A stretch of 64,000 nt of DNA from Psammoneis japonica. Taxonomy: Eukaryota. The notes under the pieces are model-generated. The model was not told the origin of the DNA. It searched no databases and was given only the letters and a program-made list of their open reading frames with translations. This document shows positions 23,436 through 36,384 of the stretch, in pieces (position 1 is the first letter of the stretch; each line of letters opens with the position of its first letter). Where the stretch lies: NCBI GenBank assembly GCA_008632985.1, contig QPGO01000028.1, positions 1-64,000 of the forward strand, written 5' to 3'. The position numbers and the translations under genes were made by a program.

Positions 23436-23879
23436 CCAGAGATATACTAGTTACTAGGGCTATGATGGGGGCTGTTTGTACCAATATCCGTGCGCTTTTG
23501 TTTTTCGTTGCAAGCTTTTGTATGCTTCAACGCAAGATATGGCGCAGTCATCTGGACCGGGTTGGACTCGGGTCAGTAAGTTCACAACAACGAACCGGCA
23601 CTTGCGTCGGCATTAGTAGAAGACTGCAAATTGATAGTGCATTTATAAGACATCTCTTTCCAATCATTTTCCTCATCTCTCCTCTAGAATTCCTGATACT
23701 GAAGGAATATTCCACGCATACGCACTCTCTAACTCTCTAGCTAGAGTAGACCACAACAGATGAAAATAACAATACGTAAATTCTTTAAAACCTAATATCG
23801 AGAGAGCTGGATGTGCACAATACTAAACTGCAATCCGCAAAAGAAAGCACTACACAAAGACTAGACGACACGACCAACT

Positions 23880-26800
23880 CGCTACAAAAGTCTCTCGTCC
23901 TACAAAAGAGCCACAGATACAAGTGCGACGAGCGCCGTCGTCAACAAGACGCGCCGGTACGCATGGCACTGCTACAATCCAACGATCCCATAAATTCCGA
24001 CTTTTTGGGACACTCTTGGCATGGCTCTTCGTCTTGTTGCCGTCCGAGAGAATTAAAGGTACCCGCCGGACACATGATTCCATTGCACCCGTACGCTTGA
24101 ACGAGTCCATTGTTCCATCCATCCAACTTGCAAAGGGCCGGATCAATGCCAGTCAATTGATTCTCCTTGAGATGAATGGTGAGCTCCTCCATACGAGCCA
24201 AACTGCCCGGCACGGTACCCGTCAAGATGTTATTGCCCAAATCGACAAAAATCTTCTCGTCCGTGTTGACATTGTACAAAAAGTCTTCTGGAATGGTACC
24301 CTTGAGCTTGTTTTCACCCAAATCCAAAAAGCGCATCTGTTCAAATCCACCAAAGTCCAACAGCGGTCCCGTAAACTGGTTGCGTGCCAGCATGAGTCCC
24401 TCCAATCGCGGCAATTGGTTGAGCCAGGCGGGAAGCTTACCGACAAACCTATTGTCGGCCAAAATGAGCGTTTCGAGATTGACCAATCGGGACAATTCTT
24501 CGGGAAGGGCTCCGCCGAGGTTGCAACGGCGGACATTGAGAATCTTGAGGGCACGACCCTTCCCGACGCCTTTTAACGAGGACAACTTGGTGGAATCCAA
24601 GACGATTTCATTCAGATTGCGAGCCTTTTCAATACCGTCAAAGGTAAAGTCCACGTCATTCTTGAAGAGCGACAAGCGATTGAGATTGGGAAGCTCAAAA
24701 ATCTCACTCGGCATGGTTCCCGTCACACCATTGTCACCCAAGACAATCGATACAATCGAACTGGCCTCGTCACACTCGACTCCAAACCAACTGCAAATGG
24801 GTTCATCCGTGTACCAATTTTTCGATTCCTTCCAACTACTACCACCGCAGACATCATAAATGAGCTGCAGTACTTGTTTTTCCGTCGGAGGGAAGGCTTG
24901 TGCACCACAAACGGATTGTCCCAAATAGATCGATGCCGCCGCATCGTTGCATTCTTGGCATTCTTGCGAATCATAGACCCGCCGTCCGGTGGGACTCGTG
25001 GTGAATTGAGGACAAAGCAATGCGTCACAACCAAATTGACGAACATTACCACCCTGCCAATCGTCTCGTGAACACAATCGATCATCGACTTCGGTAAAGA
25101 GGTTGTTTCCCAAATTCAATTGCATCTTGTTGAACCGCGCCAATCCACCGGGAACCGTGCCCGACAATAAATTGTGTGACACATCGACCGTAATCAATTG
25201 ATCGAGAGAAAAGGCACCACCCAACAAATTGGCCGGTAGTGTTCCCTCGAAACGATTCTTACCCAGCATGAGATTGGTTAAATTGCCATGAACTTCAAAC
25301 GCGGGAATCCGTCCCGAAATACCACCACCCTTGGAGGTTTGATCCATGAGCGACAATGCCCTGAGAGAACGTAAATTGACAAGCGAATTAGGCAAAAAAC
25401 CCGTCAATTGATTCTGTGCCAGCGATACAATTTGAAGTGTTCCCATATTTCCCAATTCTTCCGGAATGGTTCCACGCAAATTGTTTCCATACAGATACAA
25501 TTGTTCGAGCGATTCCATTTGGGCAATTTCCGAATCAATCTTGCCCGTCAATTCACACGATGCCATGGATAACGTTGTGAGTGATTTGATTTGAAAGAGA
25601 TTCTTGGGAATGGTCCTTGAATACGCAATCCATCCGCCGCAAGATGTTTGAAGAAATCATTCACTTGTTCAATGCCATCAAAGTTACTCGTGAGCGTATG
25701 ACCCACATTGATATGATGCATGTGTGGAGAATTGGAAATCTGGGAAAGGGCAATTCCACCTTGTTGCGTTGTAACGACAACGTCGTGAGTGTGCTGAGAG
25801 CATAAATGTTTTGTGGCACCGTCCCCACTAAATTGTTCTTGTCGAGATGGATATGCCGGACACGTCCATCCCGTTCATCATTCTTGTTCCAACACGTAAT
25901 GCCATGCCACGTACAAATATCTCCGGAAGCATCCTTCCATCCACGATTGTTGAACCATTGGTCACCACCCGTTTCTTGATACAACAATTGCAAAATACCA
26001 ACATCATCACGATCACTGCATGTCGTTTGTCCCATGTACTCGGCCGATGTGCAGGAACGACAGGGTTCGTCGGGAGTACGGCACCCTTGCGATTGTAGGT
26101 TTGACGGGGACACAAAATGGCATCACAGAAAATTCAGAGGGATTGCCCTCATCCCAAGCGGCATTGTCGCACAAATCGAGACTAATCGAGGTAAACAAGT
26201 TATCCGCCAAATTGAAACGGAGTGGGACATTTTGGAGACTGTCCAGAGTTGCCGGTACTTCTCCCGTCAACTTGTTGCCTGCCAAATTCACCACAATGGG
26301 TTCTTCTGGAGTCGGGCACTTTGGAAGCCGCTAAAAATGTTGCAGGAATTTCACCCTCCAACAAGTTGTTGGAAAAATACACTTGTTTCAAATTGGGTGA
26401 CTTTTCCAGCGACACCAAATTTCCCGTAAATTGATTATCTTCCACATAAAATTCATACAATTTGGTAAATTCATTGAGAAAGGTGGGAATCATTCCGGTA
26501 AATTGATTACGCGACATGTAAAGGATTCCATTTGCGTCAAACCCGCCAATGCACCGGGAATGGGACCGTTCATTTCATTTTGATAAAAATTGAGCATGCG
26601 CAACTTGGGCAAATTGGCAATGCCGTCGGGAATACCACCTTGCAAATTCATTTCCGCCAAAATCAATTCTTCAGATTCACCAAAACAAAGATTTCTTCGG
26701 GAATGACGGAATTGAGTTCCATGCCTGCCACGTGCAAAATCTTGAGCGAAGCGGCCGCATTGGAAATGCCAGTCAAGGTAGAAGTGGCGGTATTGTGCAT

Positions 26801-27247
26801 TTTGAGAGTGTGCAAATTCGTGGCGGTGCCAATTTCATTGAACGAGATATCGAGATTAGCATTGTTGGAAACATGCAAAATCTGCAATTTGGGCAATTTC
26901 CAAAAAACATCCGGAATCCGTCCATTCAAATTGTTATCGCCAATTCGATTCGCATGATTCCACCTTCGAGAGATGTTTCCAAATCGATATCTTCATCGAC
27001 TTCACCCTCGCATTCGACACCCTTGAAATTACACACGGACACTTCATCCAAATTCCATCCCGTACTATCGAGCCACGAATCACCACCCGTGGCTTCAAAA
27101 AAGGCCTTTAAAATGAGGCGTTCATAGCCCGATCGGACGGATGCAATCTTGACAATTGTTCTTCGATGGAAGTATCTCGCCGTCTTGTGCAAAGACTACT
27201 ACTGGTAGTAGCAAACAACAAGACCACAACAAGGATGACAACTTCAT
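23880..27247 (-). CDS. Large secreted/membrane leucine-rich-repeat protein with repeated LRRNT caps (several frameshifts)
   Basis: Signal peptide from ATG at 27247, plant-type LRRs (LxxNxLxGxIP) and three caps (CNFKGVEC, CTWHGITC, CSWFGVEC), spread over ORFs 26926-27192, 26663-26929, 26200-26517, 25661-26113 and 23941-25566. The 3' end is approximate. Confidence 0.85.
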
Positions 27248-27827
27248 GGTAATGTCGTTATGTGTATGTCTAGAATAACAGCAACAACAACACTCTCTGT
27301 CTCAACGCTCTTGCTGTTGCGCTGTTACTTTGAGATTTTGATACGAGCGAGTGAAGTGCTGTTCCATGCCGTGTTTTTTTTTTCGAACGAGGCATTGGTT
27401 GTTTGAAGGATAGTAAACGAATGAGCGTATAAATACTCTTAGGTGCTATTGAATCAAATTTTTAGTCTGCAATGACGTTGAACGCAAGAGAATGTATGTT
27501 AATTATATGTATACTAGGAATATATTACTTGGAGTATAACATTTCCAACGTATGTACTATGGACGTATAACGGTTGTATATGATTTTGGATATATCTATT
27601 CATTTTTGGCGGCGCGGTCCATCCGTTGAGCGGCGAACACGTCACTTTTTTTTGTGCCGAGAGCGAGAACACGAAATCGCACCGACTGCAAACGAACGCT
27701 GGATGAGCGAGGGTCATGTACTATTTCTGGGAGTGCCTACGGTACTGTCTTGAGAGCGCTATTGTTGCAAATCGTTAGGGTCCCTATATCACTCTCTCAT
27801 ACAATAACAACTCTTACAAATTTCATT

Positions 27828-30800
27828 ATGTCTTCTGGATACTCGGGATACAGTCCCATTTCGACATTGGAGAAGCAATATGTCGAACCTGCCAATCGTT
27901 TTTTGGTCTTTGTTCAAGCTCATCAATGTTGTGTCAAGGGTGGAATTGAAACCGTATTGAAAAGTAGTAGTCATGGTAGTAGTAATGGGGTGATTAGCAG
28001 TAGTGGTACTGCTTCGGCTGTTGTTCCAAAGACTACAGAACAAAAACAGCAAGCATCCGATAACAACAATGATCCCTTTTCGTTTCTAACAGAAAGCACG
28101 GCTCCTACTACTGTACAACAACCACCACAAAAACAAAAACTCTCGAAAAAATTAATGTCGGGCCTCAAAAAGACGACGAGCAAAATTGAACGCGGCATGC
28201 AAACCATGGCCATCAAGGCGTCTTCGGGTAAAAGTGATTTTTACGTTGTGGGACTATACACGCCTCAGAATGAACTGCTTTGCATGACGGATTCGGTACA
28301 TCCTTCTCTCGATCAACAGAAATTGAATTTTGTCATTCCACTTGTCGTGCCCAATTCAGTACAAGAATTTGTCATTAAACTCTGGATTCGATCCGGTTTG
28401 AAGAGCATTGCCACCAAGAATTACTTGGTGGCATCTTCCGGCATTATGAATCGAACAAAATTGGAACAAACTCTAACACAATCGGGTGGAACGTTTGGTT
28501 TTGATTTTGTACAATTGCAATCCCACGTGGTGGTGGGTGGACAATTACATTGTTGTATCGTGACGGATTTAAAACATCCCGTCTTGTGTGGATTGGGATG
28601 GAGTTTGACGAATCCATCCGGATACAACAACAATGGTATTTACAATTTGCCTCTGGATGCATCGTATGGTTATGTCAATACTACTACTTCGAGTAGTAGT
28701 AGTTGGCTCGTGGCCACGGAACGGTGTATCGAAAGTTCCGTCGTGTTGCCTCTGGCAACCGCCTATGCGGGCTTGTTAAAGATGCTTCCCAGATTTCTTT
28801 GGACCACGCCAAGAGTGTATCCCTTGCTTTATTGGCGAATCGTCACGATTCCATGGAGGGACGCAATGCCCATGTTCATGTTGGAATGGGATATCTAGTA
28901 TTACAACAACAACAAGAAACAACCTTGACCGTCACGACATCACTTTCGTGGCAACGTCCCGATTCCATTTTTGAAGTGGAACTCGCTCCTCCCGGTACCA
29001 AATTAGCGGTCCATACGCAAGCCCTATCTGGAGAATTTGTCGAATCCTCATCGGTTCCGTTTCATGCCAAAATTATGAAAAAGGAGTCGAGTGGAGTATT
29101 GCCATCGTTGCGTAATTCGTCTCACGACGTGTTATTGGGAACGTTGCGATTTCAATTGCGTATTGCCTACAATAATACTGCGGGAGGAGGACGACCAAAC
29201 AACAGTTCCATGCAACAGCCATTGGAAGAAACGTGGCAAGCCTTGTTGAGTCTCGAGTCGTGTATTTCACAACAACAAGTCATTTCCATTCCCGTCTATA
29301 ACGCAGCCAATCAAAAAATGGGTGATTTGCAACTCAAAGTGGTCATTGGCATGGATAATGATACTGCAGCACCACCTACGATTGTTTCGGCACGGGGTGG
29401 ATTGGTATCCTTGGTGGGATTGGATACACTCTTGGAAGATACGGGTACCTTGCCCGTTTTGGATTATGATACCATGCCGTGTCCATCATCTGCCCCAACA
29501 CCACTACAAAGCCTTGATCAAGCTAAACAATTGCGTATTTCCCAGTTGCAAACCATGGGTAATTTTATCACGCATGCTCATTTACAAGCTCATATTCAAC
29601 AAGAACGAAGCAAAGACGTGCAATTGTTGCAAGAGCGATTGGATCTGTACCAAAATGGATTGGTGGGTAAATTGCACGACGTGTCTGTCCAAAGTTGGCA
29701 AGATATGTCACCCAAACCCTTTCGTCCGAGTTCGAGTCGCATGGAGGAGACTTTGGCGGCATTGGTTTTAATGTACACGTACAATCGTTATCTCTGCAAG
29801 TATTGCAACAAGGATCGGCGGCACCACATTCCAATGCCATGTTTTCCAATGTCACGTGCGGTGCACCGGCGGATCATGCACGGAATTTTGGAAATTATCT
29901 AGGCGAGAATGCCACGACAGCGGTGGGAACCATTCGTGGTGGATTACGACGACTCGAAGCGAAACGATTGGAATTGGCTAGAGCCTTGGAACAGGCTCAA
30001 TCGATTCTCATTGCCGCGGTTGGACAGTATTTATCATCGGTTCCAGGCACGACACACGTTTCGGCGCGTCATGCCGACATTTCAGCCAAGCGTTGGAGAG
30101 TGTTTGAAATTACACAACATTTGGCATCCTTGGCTTGGACGTGTGCGGTTCGTCGTGCCAATTGCTTTTCGCAAGCACTCGGCATTGCCGTGAGTTCGTA
30201 CTTGACAAGTCTGTCGGATGTGACCAAGTTGCAACAGGGATGGCCGGATTTGTGGAAACGACACGGGTATCTTGTAGCCTTTGAGGGTCTGCTGAGTGCG
30301 GCCGGGAAGGAATTGGGCATGATTGAAGACGCGAGTGTGGGTATTTCCATGCTGAGCATGGTGGAAATTGTCTTGGTGTCGGGCAATGAACCCAGCACGG
30401 CGGGAACGAGAGTGGCGGTTCCGCATTCACCCTATTTGCAATGGGTGCAGATCTCGTATACCGGCAAGGGTTCCTCGACGCAGTATCGATTGGAAATCGG
30501 AATGGATCACTTGTATTATGAGCAGCGTATTCCAGAGCCACTACGCAACGGCGCGTCGGTGCGCTTGTATCCGCTCTTGTATCAAGTGGGAGTCGATATT
30601 CGTCAGTGGGGTGCACACGCAAAGCAGAATTTGAATTCACGAGACGATGGGCAAGAAGCAACGGGTGGTGGAATCATTGATGATGAAGATGACGATGTCG
30701 GTACTCCCGACAATGATGTCTTGATTCAATTGAATATGGAAGCGTGTCGCAAAATGAACAATTATGCGCACATGATTTCACCCGTGGCGCCGTCCGGCAA

Positions 30801-31278
30801 TTTGTTGGATATCTCTTCTACTCAGCAGCAGCAGCAGCAACAACAAACGATTCATCCCCTCATGACGTCGCTTCATGCCAAGGTCATGTCGTCGGCTGGG
30901 AAAATGGTTCACGGTATCGTCGACGAGGCTGCCTTTGTGGCACAGCGCTTGGGTGGCGGGGGCGTTGTCTTTTGCAAGAGCGGCAAGGACCGTACCGCCA
31001 TGCAAGTCACCTACAAGCAGTCGCAGTTTGTGAGTCGCTTCTTGTTGCAAAAGGACGCAAATGCCAATCAAGACGGGGTCTTTGAGAATGCAACCCTGAT
31101 GCGTGTATATGGAACGCGTCTTCCGGTCTGTGAAAAGAACGTTGGGCAGGCCTTGTTTGCGTTTAATTCTCTTCAAGTCAAGTTCATGCCGGATATGTTG
31201 AAACCGCCACCCAACACTCTTGCCGGCTTTCTCAAGGGTGGACGCGTGTTTAGCCGCGAAGGCGCTATTGAGAGTTAG
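27828..31278 (+). CDS. Inositol polyphosphate 4-phosphatase (INPP4)-like protein
   Basis: CKSGKDRT Cx5R catalytic motif and FEGLLSAAGKELGMIED. Two 1-nt deletions (~28778, ~29757) relative to the inverted copy break the frame. Confidence 0.85.
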
Positions 31279-31459
31279 AGTAAGTGGTTTAGATGTCGTT
31301 ACTAATTCCGTTCAGCATACTATGCTAAAATGACTGGCTCATACAGAACTGCTCGCACTCAATACCAACATAGTATAGAGCTGTTCACCACTTGATATGC
31401 TGTCGGAGACTTGGATAGTCAGTGCTTCGAGGCGCGAGCGAGCCCTATCCAGAGATATC

Positions 31460-31605
31460 TTCACGAAGCTCCTTGAGACGCTGATCAAGCGTTTCGCGGG
31501 AACCGTCAACGTCGAACCCCGCCTCATTCAATGAGCTGTTCGCACAAAATACCGACGCTCATGCTGTCAATATTCTCTCCATCCTGGTTATAGGCTTTTG
31601 GTTTC
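31460..31605 (-). pseudogene. SAP-domain 3' fragment of a MATH-BTB-SAP gene
   Basis: Reverse-complement copy of ~10039-10185. Confidence 0.7.
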
Positions 31606-31966
31606 TAGGTATTAGGTTTAATGCCTAATTTGCGTATTATTGTTTTCATCTGTTGTCGTCTACTAGCTAGAGAGTGCGAATGCATGGAATATTCCTACTG
31701 TGTGGCTTGGGTATAAATAAAAGTACTACTGAGTATCAATTTTTGCAGTCTTTTCTACTAATGCCGACACAAGTGGCGGTTCGTTGTTATAAACTTACTG
31801 ACCCGAGTCCAACCCGGTCCAGATAGCTGTAAAATATCTTGCATTGAAGCATGCAAAAACTTGCAACGAAAAACAAAAGCGCACGGATGTTGGTACAAAC
31901 AGTCCCCGTCATAGCCCCAGCAGCCAGCATATCTCTAGCTATAGCTGCGGCATCACGGTAATGGAG

Positions 31967-33179
31967 CTAGTTGGTGCTTGTCTTGAGACGCTTGATCAGC
32001 GTTTCACGAGAGCCATCCACGTCGAGCCCCGCCTCGTGAAGCTTTCTTCTCAGAGTGCCAACCCTCATATTTTCTGGAATGTCTTCGGCATACGTCCTTG
32101 GACTTGTGTCTGCCACCAGTAACTCCCAGAGCAATTCAGGTGACTCCAAGGGCTGAAATGCATGAGATTTGATTGCAGCCTGCTTGTTGGAACAAATTGG
32201 TCCATGGCGACCTCCTTGAGGAGAGGACAGTTCTTGCTGTCTGCAAAAACAAGCATGTTGACTACCTTGTCATCAGGAAAGTTGGATGCTGCGAGTTTGG
32301 ACTCCACCTTGAGCTTCAGATTAGAGCTGTTGTACTTGTCAGCCACTTCGAGCAGTCTCATGGAGGTTTCGACATTCATGTCCTGCGGGAGCTCGTCTGA
32401 GTACAAGAAGCCCAAAAGGACCCAAAGATTGACGGATCGACATTGGGAATTTCGATCTTCGTATCGGATGGAAACTCTGCCGCAATTTCGTAAAGTCCGG
32501 GCGCCCGAGCAGCGAGAATCTGCTTGTGAGCTGGAAACGATTCCAAGCCGACCAAAAAAGTCACATCCGCCAAGGACGTGTTGTTTTGTAGACCAATGAG
32601 GTCCTTGTTTGTGGTGTTAGAGGGACACCAAAAAATGTCGAATTCAAAGTCAACATGTACTTTGAAAACGCCGTTCTGGATGCAATTGTTCGCTGGATCA
32701 AGAACAAAATCACGAGTTTCAAAATTCGGGAATCCCTGATCGGTGTCACCGCTGAAGGTGTGACGGAAACTTTCGGTACGATCCCCGGTTCGAAAAGTGA
32801 TTCGTGCATTGACCGGGTCACGGCCGGTGTCGACGCGTACCAAATAAATGCCAACATGTTCCCTGTCCATTTTGGATTTGTTGCCGCCCCGGGGGAAGAC
32901 ACTCAAACGCCAAACACATCCGTGGATTGAAAGGGATGAAGAATGGAGACTCTCACCACGATTGTGTGGACGATTTGCGAAATCTGCAAATTCAAATCCG
33001 ACTTCAAAGGTGCCCATCTCGCTCTCCCTCTTTTTCAACGTCAGCGGCTCAGACGAACTCATGATTGCAATCGTCAGAGAGCAAGCCAGAGCTGTTGTTG
33101 CCAGAGCAGCCACCCAGGACCAGGACAAGGCAGGCCACAGCCAACTGAAAGTCATCTTGTGCACCATGTTATGCATCAT
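31967..33179 (-). CDS. MATH-BTB/POZ-SAP domain protein (frameshifts at ~32415 and ~32190)
   Basis: Inverted paralog of 22228-23435 with the same motifs and homologous 5' and 3' flanks. Confidence 0.85.
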
Positions 33180-33371
33180 GCTTTTGTATCGAAGTCTCTC
33201 TTCTTTGCTTTGTCGTTGTCGTTTGTGACGATTGTGCGGTTTTGGTGGTAACCATACGCTTCACCCGCTTCGCCGTTGGTTTTTTTTGATCCGGCTTTTT
33301 GAGTTTGAAAAAAAAACGTTGGATTTTGAGCTGCTGTGCTGTCGGCTCAACTTGCCTTTTCGTTCGTTAGC

Positions 33372-33379
33372 TGACGTCA
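33372..33379. promoter_or_regulatory. TGACGTCA palindrome (CRE/bZIP-type) upstream of the Cys-rich membrane protein gene
   Basis: The same 10-mer CTGACGTCAC occurs upstream of the paralog (43323-43332, reverse strand). Confidence 0.3.
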
Positions 33380-33634
33380 CCTTTTTGGCGGGAAACCTTT
33401 ATCAATCATGAAAACGCACGATCGCTTCTTTGACATGACACCCGCGAACTGCAACTTGAAGGCAACAAAGTCAAAGTGCTGCAACAAATCTTGGAACAAT
33501 CGTGCAAAATCGAGCAGCAAGAATAAGCAGTTGGATCTCATTCGTCTTCGTCGTTCCTTGTGTAGTAGTACCTCTTTTGTGTTTGAATAGTGTCCAACAG
33601 AGTTTTTTCACAAACAGCAACAACAGATAGCATC

Positions 33635-36014
33635 ATGCCACCCGTTCGAGGAAAGGGCCCTGGTGCCGATGACGATTATGCCGATGACGGACCTCCTCTG
33701 GTACCTTCAAGAGAATCCAGTGCAGCTGCTTTTTCGATGCAGCAAAATGATGAAGCAAAAATCAAAGCCGTAGAGAAAAAGAGAGGAGCAAGACGAGACT
33801 ACAACAAAAAAGGCTCGTCGTCGTCCTCTTCCAAATTGCTGGGCCAATTTGCCTCGTTTGAAGACGACAAGTTAGATCGACAGTCTTCCCATTCTCAACC
33901 GGGCGTTCAGAGGATTTCGGGAGTTGCTGCTGCTGCTTCCGCAAATCGGGAGCCATCGGCAGCCTATGGAGCTGCAACGTATCCAATGGCAAAAGCACCC
34001 ATTGTGCAACAAGAAGAAGAGATGAGGATGAATGATGAAGATATCAAAGCCATGGAGAAACAGAGAGCTCGAGGGGACAACAACATCGACTCTTCTAAAA
34101 AAATCGCATTGGGTCAGTTTGCGGCATACGAGGAGCAGCAACAACAGCAGCAAGAGCTTGTAGACCCTGCTGTTGCTGCTCAACCGGGTGCCGAGAGGAT
34201 TCCGGGTACTGTTGCTGCGGATCGTGGCCACGAGCCTCGGCAAGCGAGCCAAAACGATCTAGTTCATGCATTCTTGGTGGATGAGGACGAGGAAGCCAAT
34301 AATACTGGGCAACGAGGAGCAGATGGTTCAGGAGGAGCACAGCCACAGAGTGACGAGGATCTTCCTCCCCGTGTTGCGGCCAAGGCTGTCGAGTACAAGC
34401 CATGGTACAAACGGAGATCCATTGTACTTACATTGATATGTTTGGTCTTGGCTTTGGTTGGAATTATCGTGGGTGTAGTCATTGGAACCAGGTCCAGCGG
34501 TGATGGCGGTAATCCTGTGGATACAATGTCGCCGACCTCGAGTCCGGCACCTACCGCCTTGAGCTTTGTCACGTTGGTCGTACAGCTCGACACAGCCCCT
34601 CAAGAGACTGGATGGAGGCTAGAATGTGACGGAGTTGAAATCCAGGCTGTTCCAGAAGGTTCTTATGCATTTTTACCAATTGGTGTATTGATTCCAAGCT
34701 TTCGGCTGGAAATCGCCGTCGAGCTTGTTGCGGGAAGTGAATGTGTCTATAATATTACGGATGCCGGCGGGGATGGATTGATTGGCGGCTTTTACGAGAT
34801 TTATTACGGAAATGATGTAGGTATTGCTCAGAACCTTATTGCAAGAGGTGTTCCGCAATCTTCACCAACCCTGATTCCATTTACAGTGGAGCTTCCGTCG
34901 ACTGCATTGATGCCATCAGCTGTACCGGTGCCTGTCACTGCACCCCCGACCCGCTTTGCGTGCACAGTGTGTCCCGACGGCAACTCCGTATCCACGCCAG
35001 ACTTTTTCTTGTCCGAATCTGGTTTGACGTGTGGAGAGCTAGAGACGGCGGCAACGAATGTATTTGATTCTGTTCAGTGCGAACAAGTATATCAAGCCTT
35101 TGCGACAGAATGTGGTTGTGCGAACGCAACTACACCTATCCCGCCTCAGACCCCATGCACTGTGTGCCCCGATGGCAGCCCCGTAACGGCTCCCGACTTT
35201 TTCTTGTCCGAGCCTGGCATGAACTGTGAAGAGTTAGAGTCGGCGGCACTAGCGGTGTTTAATTCCAGTCGATGCGAAGAGGAATTCCAGAAATTTGCGA
35301 CCGATTGCGGCTGTGAAAACTTTTGCGATACTCTCTGCCCGGACGGAAGTTTAATCGACGAGTCCCAGGAGGACACACTTGTGCGTGTGGATAGTGGGTT
35401 TCCGGTGACTTGTGGTGATCTTCAAAATCAAGTCAAGGCCCGAAAGTCGACCCCCAGCGATTGCCTCACAGCCGGCTTTATCGGCGAAGAGATTTGTATG
35501 TGTCCGTCGGAGGGAATGTTTTGTCGTATCTGCGAGCCTGGCGGACCCACTCGTGTACCTGGAAATCTATCGCGGGAGATCATTCCAGGAATTGCGTGCG
35601 AGGATATTTCGGGAATCGCCTTTTCCCTCCTACGGTCCGATCCTCGGTTCAGCCTAATCTGCCCTGCCTGCCTGGGAATCGGAGCGTATTGTGGATGCCC
35701 TCAAGTCGAAAACCCTCGCACCTTTTGCCGGCTGTGTGGCGGTACGAACGATCTTCTTCCCGTACCGGATCGTCTGGTATTTTCTCCGACACTGAATCAG
35801 ACTACGACTTGTTTCCATGTGAGTTCGTTTGCTTCTATTGTTCCTTCATTGTTTCGCGGATGTTTTAACTTGCATCTCTTTCATAAAATGACGCGTGTAG
35901 GTTGAGTTTTTCTCGAACCTTGGGATTGCGCCAAATGGCACCACAAATGTGGATATAATTTCAAGCTGCTCGGTAGTCCAGGAAGAGAGTGCAGCAGAGT
36001 GCTGTACTCCGTGA
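33635..36014 (+). CDS. Single-pass membrane protein with Cys-rich CxxCPDG...TC...C...CGC repeats
   Basis: Low-complexity N-terminus with QPGV/QPGA motifs, a TM helix (IVLTLICLVLALVGIIVGVVIG), a D-G-DG beta domain and about 5 Cys modules. Intron 35819-35900; ends AAECCTP*. Confidence 0.8.
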
Positions 36015-36384
36015 GGATGGATCCCTTGCAGAGATGGAGTTGGGGGAGGAATGTATTTTGTGTGCTGCACAGCAATCCGGTTTTATGTAGTTGTCGTGTT
36101 TTGTTTGTATTGTTCCATCTGATTGAATGAGTGTTCTATCCGTTTAGAGTTTGACATCCCTAAGAAGAAAGTGTTACAGCCACCTGTCTACTCTAGTAAA
36201 GCGCTCGTGTGTCATTATCACTAAGAAGAGTACGAATAAGCATTTCTTCGGATGCCACCGTCACTTTCTTTGGCGTCGACTCACGCTCTACGATATTTGG
36301 TCATTTCACAAAATAATATAGCAGTACTCGTATGCGGGAAAAAGCTGCTTTTATCCTAATTGAGGCTAGCAAACTTGATGACCC

